Assembly: GCA_965246885.1 (NCBI GenBank)
Contig: OZ251992.1
Location: 1,376,001-1,440,000 of the forward strand
Origin: Abditibacterium sp.
Lineage (GTDB): Bacteria > Armatimonadota > Abditibacteriia > Abditibacteriales > Abditibacteriaceae
Direction of reading: 5' to 3'
DNA length: 64,000 bases
This document shows positions 57,603 to 64,000 of this stretch, piece after piece. The translations under genes and the position numbers were made by a program. The notes under the pieces were generated by a model. The model made no database searches and had not been told where the DNA came from. It saw nothing but the letters and a program-made list of their open reading frames with translations. Position 1 is the first letter of the stretch; every line of letters starts with the position of its first letter.

Positions 57603-59690
57603 ATGGCCTTCGATCCCGTCACCGAAGAAATCAAGAAGCGCGCCGATTTGGTGGACATCGTCGGGCAATACGTCCAACTGCGCGCGGCGGGGAACGACCG
57701 GTGGAAGGCGTGCTGCCCGTTCCACGACGAAAAGACGCCCTCGTTTTATGTGTCGCGGGACAAAGGCTTCTATAAATGTTTCGGCTGTTCCAAGTCGGGC
57801 GACGTGTTCCGCTTCCTGATGGAGATGGAGAACCTGACCTTTCCCGAAGCGCGCAAGTCGCTCGCGTCGCGCTTTGGCATCGCGGTTCCCGAAAGGCGCG
57901 ATATAACGCCGGAACAGCGCGCGGAGGATTCGGCGCGTGAGCGGTTGCACAAGATCGCGGCGAGCGCCGCGAAGTTCTTTAGTGCGCAGTTCGCTGGCAA
58001 CGGCGGGTTGGTCGCGCGCGACTATGCGCGCAAGCGGGGGCTTTCCAAGGAGACGGTCGAGAAGTTCTCGCTCGGTTACGCGCCCGATGCGTGGGAAGGG
58101 TTGCGCTCTCACCTGACCCGGCGCGAGGGGTTCTCGGACGACGAGGGCATCGCGGCGGGCTTGTTCATCGAGCGCAAATCCGTCGAGGGCGAACTGGGCG
58201 GCATGTTCGCCGACGGCGCGACGCGGCGCGTGTGGGACAGATACCGCCACCGCTTAATGTTTCCCATCTGGGACGAATCGGGCCGGGTCATCGCTTTTGG
58301 CGGGCGCGCGCTCGAAGGCGGGCAAAGCGGCAACGCCGACGCCAAATACATCAACTCGCCCGAAACGCCGCTCTTTCACAAGTCCAACGTCCTGTTCGCG
58401 TGGCATTTGGCGCGCGGCGAGGTTGGCAAGCGCGGCGGCATCCTCATCTGCGAAGGTTACATGGACGCCATCGCCTTGCACGAGGGCGGCTTTCCCAACA
58501 CCGTCGCCACGCTGGGAACGGCGCTCACGGCGCACCATGTCCAAAGCCTCAAGCGCATCGCGCCCGCCGCCGTGTGGCTGTGCTTTGACGGCGACTCGGC
58601 TGGTATGAAGGCGGCGCTGCGCACGGCGCCCTTGTTCGCCGACGCGGGCCTCAATGTGCGCGTTGTGCGCTTTCCCGAAGGGCATGACCCCGACACCTTT
58701 ATCCGCGCGGTTGGCGTCGAGGGGATGCAGGAAGAGTTGGACGGCGCCATCCCGCTCGCCAAGTATCGCTTGGAAGCCGTCGTCGGGGCGCGACCCTTGG
58801 ACGACCCGCACGAACGCTCCCTCGCCCTGCGCGAGGCCGCCGAAATCGTCAACGACATTGCCGACAAAATCGAGCGCGACGGCTACGTGGACTTTCTCGT
58901 GGACACGCTCTTGGGTTTGGAGCGCGGCGTGTCGTATGGCGAGCGCGAAAAGCGGCGCGTGCGCATCGAGGGCTTGGTGCGCTCGGAACTCGAAGCCGAC
59001 GCCACCCGCCAAGGTCGCCAAGACCGCGTGCGCGCCGCGCGTGCCTCGCAAGGCCAGCCGTCCGCGCCCGTTGGCTCCTTGCAAAGTGTCGCGGACGCGG
59101 CTCAGATAGGAACGCAAGCCGTGCCCACGCCCATCGGCGACGTGCGCCCGCGCTGGGTGTCGCCGCGCCAGCAAGCCAAAATCGAAGAGCAGGAGAAGAG
59201 CGCGCTGGATTTGCGCGAATCCGCTGCGCGCACCATGACGACGGGCGCGTCCCTCGGCGTCGCCAAAGCGGAGCGCGCACTCCTCGCCGTGCTACTGACG
59301 CAACCCGCGTGGCGCCATTCGGTCTTGGAGCGCCTCCCGCTCGCCAAGTGGACAAGCGAACTGCACGCCGAGGTTGTCGTGGCCGCGCGCGATTGGCAAG
59401 GCGACGACATAGACCCGGCCCGCTTTACGGACAACTTGTCGCCCGAAGCGCAAAACCTCGTCGCCGAGCTTTTCTTAGGGGATGACGCGGCCCAAGCCCC
59501 CGAAGCGCGCGTCGTGACCGGCTGGGTGGCGCGCGTGGAGTTGCACCACGCCCAACTCGCCGAGCACGAAATGATGGAAGTCGTCAAAGAGAAAATCGCG
59601 CGCGGCGAAGCCGTTTCCGAAGAAGAGAAAGCGCGCTTCAACGCCTCGCTCGCGGCCACCAAACGGAAGATGCCCGTCGAGAAGAAGTGA
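57603..59690 (+). CDS. dnaG: DNA primase
   Basis: CPFHDEKTPSF..CFGC, RLMFPI, FGGR, KYINSPET, EGYMD, FDGDSAG, DPD. Confidence 0.96.
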   Translation: MAFDPVTEEIKKRADLVDIVGQYVQLRAAGNDRWKACCPFHDEKTPSFYVSRDKGFYKCFGCSKSGDVFRFLMEMENLTFPEARKSLASRFGIAVPERRDITPEQRAEDSARERLHKIAASAAKFFSAQFAGNGGLVARDYARKRGLSKETVEKFSLGYAPDAWEGLRSHLTRREGFSDDEGIAAGLFIERKSVEGELGGMFADGATRRVWDRYRHRLMFPIWDESGRVIAFGGRALEGGQSGNADAKYINSPETPLFHKSNVLFAWHLARGEVGKRGGILICEGYMDAIALHEGGFPNTVATLGTALTAHHVQSLKRIAPAAVWLCFDGDSAGMKAALRTAPLFADAGLNVRVVRFPEGHDPDTFIRAVGVEGMQEELDGAIPLAKYRLEAVVGARPLDDPHERSLALREAAEIVNDIADKIERDGYVDFLVDTLLGLERGVSYGEREKRRVRIEGLVRSELEADATRQGRQDRVRAARASQGQPSAPVGSLQSVADAAQIGTQAVPTPIGDVRPRWVSPRQQAKIEEQEKSALDLRESAARTMTTGASLGVAKAERALLAVLLTQPAWRHSVLERLPLAKWTSELHAEVVVAARDWQGDDIDPARFTDNLSPEAQNLVAELFLGDDAAQAPEARVVTGWVARVELHHAQLAEHEMMEVVKEKIARGEAVSEEEKARFNASLAATKRKMPVEKK

Positions 59691-59695
59691 CTGCG

Positions 59696-59817
59696 GCGCG
59701 TCCTGCCGGACGCTTGGCAAAGCCGGATGCCGGTGATTTTATATCACCGGTGGTGCTCCTAATCGGGGGTATGAAACCCCCGGCATCCGGCTTTGCCAAG
59801 CGTCCGGCAGGACGCGC
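59696..59817. repeat. REPIN-like element, 38-bp perfect arms enclosing two GATG-CCGG hairpins
   Basis: gcgcgtcctgccggacgcttggcaaagccggatgccgg and its reverse complement at 59780-59817. Confidence 0.93.
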
Positions 59818-59875
59818 GCTCATCGGTTAACCTTTTTTGCCCCGTTTGCGCGCGGGGGCGCTCTAAACATCGCTT

Positions 59876-61165
59876 ATGTCATCGCTGCCCACATCGCAAT
59901 CCGCGTCGTTTCCGGTTCCCGCCGAGGTTTCCGCGAGTCAATCGGAGCGCGCTAAGGCCCTGTCGCTCGCGCTCCTCGAACGTTTGACGCCGCTCGCGGG
60001 TGGGGATGTCGGCGTGCGGTTGTGGGATGGGACGGCGTTTCCCGACGCTTCGCCGCGCGCAGCCACTATCGTGCTGAAGCATCCCGGCGCGCTTCGGGCG
60101 ATGTTCGCGTCGCAGGATGCGCTCTCGCTCGCGGAAACGTATCTGCTCGATGTGTGCGATGTCGAGGGCGATTGGAACGCGATGTTCGACCTCGGCGAGG
60201 AGATGAGCCGCTTCATGGCGCGGCAATCGGTGCGGCAAAAATTGGCGCTGGGCAGCTTCTTGTTGCGCTTGCCCACGCCGCATCCGCCGCGTCCCAAAGG
60301 TTGGCGCGAACGGGCGCGCTTGCGCGGCAAGCGCGGCTCCATCGAGCGCGCCAAGGAAGCCGTCGCCTACCATTACAACGTGCCGACCGAGTTCTACGCC
60401 GCCTTCTTAGACCGCAACATGGCGTATTCGTGCGCGCTTTGGGAAGGCAACGAGGAGTTGGCCAGCGCGCAACTGCGCAAGTTCGACTTGATTTGCCGCG
60501 CGCTCGAACTGCGCCCCGGCCAGAAGCTGCTCGATGTCGGTTGCGGTTGGGGCGGTTTCCTCCTTTACGCCGCGCAAAACTACGGCGTCGAAGTGACGGG
60601 CATCACGCTCTCCGAGTCGCAAGCCGAGGAAGCGAACCGCCGCATCGCCGACGCGGGCTTGTCCAGCACTTGCCGCGTGCTACTCCAAGATTACCGCGAG
60701 GTGGACGGCGCCGCCTCGTTCGACGCCATCGCGTCCATAGAAATGTTCGAGCACGTCGGGCGCGAACTGCTCACCACCTACTTCTCGCAAGCCCGCCGCC
60801 TGCTCAAACCCGGCGGCCTGTTCTTCAACCAAGGCACCACCGTCGAAACCGACGACGACCGCAAGCGCTACCCCAGCTTCATCAAGCAATACGTCTTCCC
60901 CGACGGCGAAATCGTCCCCATCCACGTTTCCATCCGCGCGAGCGAGGAGTCGGGCTTCGAGGTCTTGAACGTCCACTCCATCCGCCCGCACTACGAGCGC
61001 ACCTGCGCCCAGTGGGTCGCCAACTTGGAAACCATGCCGCCCGCCCTCCGCGAGAAATACGGCGAACCCATCTGGCGCATCTGGCACCTTTACATGGCCG
61101 TGTCGGGTCACGGCTTCCGTATTGGCCGCCTGAACTGCTACCAGACGTTGATGCGGAAGAACTGA
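59876..61165 (+). CDS. cfa: Cyclopropane-fatty-acyl-phospholipid synthase family SAM methyltransferase
   Basis: YHYNV, MAYSCA, LLDVGCGWG, SIEMFEHVG, FIKQYVFPDG, RIWHLYM. Confidence 0.88.
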   Translation: MSSLPTSQSASFPVPAEVSASQSERAKALSLALLERLTPLAGGDVGVRLWDGTAFPDASPRAATIVLKHPGALRAMFASQDALSLAETYLLDVCDVEGDWNAMFDLGEEMSRFMARQSVRQKLALGSFLLRLPTPHPPRPKGWRERARLRGKRGSIERAKEAVAYHYNVPTEFYAAFLDRNMAYSCALWEGNEELASAQLRKFDLICRALELRPGQKLLDVGCGWGGFLLYAAQNYGVEVTGITLSESQAEEANRRIADAGLSSTCRVLLQDYREVDGAASFDAIASIEMFEHVGRELLTTYFSQARRLLKPGGLFFNQGTTVETDDDRKRYPSFIKQYVFPDGEIVPIHVSIRASEESGFEVLNVHSIRPHYERTCAQWVANLETMPPALREKYGEPIWRIWHLYMAVSGHGFRIGRLNCYQTLMRKN

Positions 61166-61213
61166 GGCGCTGGCACTGGTTAGAGATGGGCACGGATGGG
61201 GTATTACTCAGGT

Positions 61214-61948
61214 ATGAAACCGCAACCTCTTGCCGATGACGCCGCCGATGCACTCCCTTCAAAAGAAACAATCCTCTGCTGGCAGTGCGGCGAGTCCAAC
61301 CCGAAAGAAGCCGTCATGTGCTGGGCGTGCTACTCCTCCTTTTTTCCGGGAAAGGGAAAAGAGCGCCACGCGCTCGCTGTGCGAGTGCGAAAGTTGCGCG
61401 ACGGCTTTGGCATGGCTCTCCCTTTGGGCGGGCTTGCGCTGGCCATTGCGTCGGGCTACTCCGGTAAAAACTGGTGGCGGTTGCTGGGCTTGGCCGCGCT
61501 TTCGTTAGGAACCAGCTTTACACTGGCAAAGCGGCAGGAAAGGGTGGTGGCGCGCATGACTGAGGAAGAAGGGACGCCCATCGAAAGAATCGCCAACACC
61601 ATCTTACTTTACGCCGCGCGAGATAAGGCGTCGCAGATTCGTTTGACTGCCGGACTAAACATGAACGTCAAATTCCTTATTAGCGACGAGTGGCACGAGC
61701 AAATGAAGCTTCCAGATGTTTGTTGGCCGGGGTTACGCGAGCATTTCTTCGCCCAAAGCGGTGGAAGTGCCCCGGCTTCCCCACCGCAAAAGGGCTTTGT
61801 GGTGAGGCCGGACATACTGCCCAACCGGGCTGAGGGCAAGCATTCCCTCGTGTTCGAGAACGACGGGCGTCGCTTCGAGTTCTCGCTTCTCTTCGTGCGC
61901 GACAGCGAGTTGCCGATTCAAACCCTCACGTTGACGCTTCGCCCCTGA
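61214..61948 (+). CDS. Hypothetical membrane protein: Zn ribbon + 2 TM + GspE/PilB N2-like segment
   Basis: CWQCGESN...CWAC; two hydrophobic segments; PIERIANTILLYAARDKASQIRL. Confidence 0.65.
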   Translation: MKPQPLADDAADALPSKETILCWQCGESNPKEAVMCWACYSSFFPGKGKERHALAVRVRKLRDGFGMALPLGGLALAIASGYSGKNWWRLLGLAALSLGTSFTLAKRQERVVARMTEEEGTPIERIANTILLYAARDKASQIRLTAGLNMNVKFLISDEWHEQMKLPDVCWPGLREHFFAQSGGSAPASPPQKGFVVRPDILPNRAEGKHSLVFENDGRRFEFSLLFVRDSELPIQTLTLTLRP

Positions 61949-63388
61949 TTACCACCGGGGCCGCGCTTTTTTTTGCGGCGCGTCGGGCGCTTCGGTTGGG
62001 GCAGTAACGGGTGCATCCGGGATGGCGGCGGGCGGAGGCGGGGAAGCGCGGCGCGGCTCAAGGGAGGCTCTGGGCCGGGGTGGAATGACGGCAACTGGTT
62101 CCGCGACGGCGCTGACTGGTTCGGGGGCGTCTATCACGCCTTGCGGGGCGTCCGGCTCCGCGTCGAAGACCTCGGCGACGGCTACTGGAGCTTGCGCGGC
62201 GAGTTGGGCTTGGCGCCGTTCCTCGCGTTGCAACTCTTCGGCACGCGCGGCGGCGCGACTCGCTTCCTCTTCCATGCGCTGCGCTTCGTCGCGGGCGTCT
62301 TGCATTTGCTTGAGTTCGCGCAACATGTCCGCGTCGAAGCCCTGCGCCGAGCCGAAGCGGGCGCCGTAGCGGTTGGGGCGCGGTTCTTCGGCGGGCGTCT
62401 CGACCGCAACTGGCGCGGAGTAGGGGACGGGTTCCGGCGCGCGCGAGGGTTCGGGCCGCTCCAGATTGGCGATGGCGCGCGGATGGTCGGGCAGGCGCGC
62501 GAGCAGGTAAATGAGCGCCAAGATGAGCGGGATGAGGAAGAACGAGCCTTCGGCGCCGAACTTCCCGCCCGACAGGAACGCGCGGCCCGTGTCCTCGACG
62601 GCGAACAAGCGGAAGGTGCTGATGGCCGAGACGGGTTGCGAGAAGACGCACCCCAAACAGAAGTTCCACGCCGCGTGGAAGCCGATGGGGAACCACAGCG
62701 AGCCGGTCTTTTTGTAAGCGAGGGCGAAGAACACCGCGATAAGCGCGAGCGAGGGCAGGGCGCCGATGGCCGCCAGAAGCGCGTTCGTGTCGCCCCCGGC
62801 GTTGCCCAAGTGGATGAGCGCGAAGACGACCGCTTGCACCGCGACGGCGCCGCCCCAACCGAGCCAAATGCGCAAGTTGTGCAAGCCGTAGCCGCGAAAG
62901 GCAGTCTCTTCCATGAAACCCACGCACAAGAACGCGAGGAAAAAGCCGCCCAGCGCGACGAGCGAGTAGGGCCAGCCGTGCGTCGTCACGTCGCTCGATA
63001 GACCGTTGAACCGCAACGCGCCCGCGACCCACATGAGCGAGAACAGGACGCTCAGCGTGAGGAACGCCGTCAGCGCACCGCGTGCAAAGTTCGAGGCGGC
63101 CCGCGCCCGCGCGAAGCCGAGCGAGCGCCACGAATACCTATCCACCCGTGTGCGGAACAGATAGATGACCACCAGCGCGGGTGGGTAGGCGAGCAGCGTC
63201 AGGCCCAAGCCGAAGTCGTGCGTGAGGCGGTCTTTGAGTTGGTCGGGCGTCGCGGTGCCAAGATGCAGCCCCGGCGCAAGCGCGATGACGAGGCCAACGC
63301 CAACGCCCGCCGCGAGAAGCGTCACGAAGATAACGGCGGTCGCGCACAAAAACAAGCGCCAAAACGGGTGGAGTCTGGGGGCCGACAT
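61949..63388 (-). CDS. CPBP (CAAX/Abi) family intramembrane metalloprotease with a low-complexity C-terminal tail
   Basis: EETAFRGY, FALIH, GSLWFPIGFHAAWN, GGKFGAEGS. Confidence 0.9.
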   Translation of the reverse strand: MSAPRLHPFWRLFLCATAVIFVTLLAAGVGVGLVIALAPGLHLGTATPDQLKDRLTHDFGLGLTLLAYPPALVVIYLFRTRVDRYSWRSLGFARARAASNFARGALTAFLTLSVLFSLMWVAGALRFNGLSSDVTTHGWPYSLVALGGFFLAFLCVGFMEETAFRGYGLHNLRIWLGWGGAVAVQAVVFALIHLGNAGGDTNALLAAIGALPSLALIAVFFALAYKKTGSLWFPIGFHAAWNFCLGCVFSQPVSAISTFRLFAVEDTGRAFLSGGKFGAEGSFFLIPLILALIYLLARLPDHPRAIANLERPEPSRAPEPVPYSAPVAVETPAEEPRPNRYGARFGSAQGFDADMLRELKQMQDARDEAQRMEEEASRAAARAEELQREERRQAQLAAQAPVAVAEVFDAEPDAPQGVIDAPEPVSAVAEPVAVIPPRPRASLEPRRASPPPPAAIPDAPVTAPTEAPDAPQKKARPRW

Positions 63389-63422
63389 GAGCGCGACAGT
63401 TTAAGCGGGCGAGGACGGAGAA

Positions 63423-63489
63423 CCCGTAGGGGCACCCACAGGGGGTGCCCTCATCACTCCGCCAAGATTGGGTGGGCAGCCCCTACGGG
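63423..63489. repeat. GTAGGG-type REP doublet (degenerate)
   Basis: cccgtaggggcacccacagggggtgccc ... gggcagcccctacggg. Confidence 0.7.
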
Positions 63490-63502
63490 AGTGGACTCTA
63501 CG

Positions 63503-64000
63503 TTAGTTCCGCAGCCCGTTCGCGTAGGCCGCGCTGCCGTTCATCGAAACGGAGTCGGCGTAGTCGTCGCGCGGGGTGGGGGTGAGGGCGGCTTTTCCTT
63601 GGCCCACGCTGAGTTGGAGTTTGTCGAGGACGCCGCCGACTTTTTCCAGAACTTCGAGGGCGTAGGCGTCGGCGTGATCGCGCATTTGTTCGGCGTCGCG
63701 CGCGGCGCTTTGCAGGTGGGTGTCGGCTTCCTCTTGGGAGCGCAGCGTGATGGAATGTTCGGCGACCATCTCGTCGGCGTGCTGGCGGGCGTCGGCTTCG
63801 ATGTGGGTGGCGCGGTTGGTGGCTTCGTCTATGGTGTCTTTGGCGAGGGCTTCGGCATCGGCGACCATTTTTTGCGCGCGCGCGGTCGAGTCGGCGAGGG
63901 TGCGTTCGGCGCGTCCGTTGGCGTCGGAAACGGTGCGCTCGGCTTTGGCGTTGGCGTCGAGGACGGTGCGGTCGGCGCGGGCGCTCGAATCGGCGATCAT
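63503..64000 (-). CDS. C-terminal part of a coiled-coil protein (DivIVA/SepIVA or ATP synthase B-like repeats)
   Basis: 11-residue repeats (ADRTVLDANAK/AERTVSDANGR/AERTLADSTAR), ADAYALEVL; starts beyond the window. Confidence 0.65.
   Translation of the reverse strand: MIADSSARADRTVLDANAKAERTVSDANGRAERTLADSTARAQKMVADAEALAKDTIDEATNRATHIEADARQHADEMVAEHSITLRSQEEADTHLQSAARDAEQMRDHADAYALEVLEKVGGVLDKLQLSVGQGKAALTPTPRDDYADSVSMNGSAAYANGLRN

Overview
GC-rich bacterial chromosomal window. Tandem DUF1559/H-X9-DG proteins and the overall gene content suggest Armatimonadota/Abditibacterium-like, but this is inference only. Housekeeping genes (acnA, lepA, larE, dtd, rbsK, hslU, a lacZ-type GH2, sufE/sufT, moaA, dnaG, cfa-like) are mixed with accessory loci. 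Highlights: (1) a type III restriction-modification operon with a REP-associated tyrosine transposase (RAYT) between mod and res, where cognate REPs bracket both rayt and res like cassettes; (2) a SigB/SigF-type sigma factor fused to a degenerate GGDEF-like domain that keeps the RxxD I-site, i.e. a candidate c-di-GMP-sensing sigma factor; (3) a three-gene cluster of a Tes/GDGT-MAS-like radical SAM enzyme, an atypical Lgt-family protein and a small Cys-containing membrane protein; (4) a CHASE2-adenylate cyclase with an RxxxR-rich tail, next to a FecR/Pro-rich/beta-barrel-like protein; (5) four unrelated 21-nt-period tandem arrays and several REP/REPIN-like palindrome families; (6) a YANNNT (mostly YAAACT/YACACT) hexamer 6-7 nt before at least 14 start codons, suggesting widespread leaderless mRNAs; (7) a 52-aa small ORF with an internal repeat that is missing from the ORF track. 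No rRNA, tRNA or CRISPR array was recognised. All family assignments come from motif recognition by eye, with no database searches.
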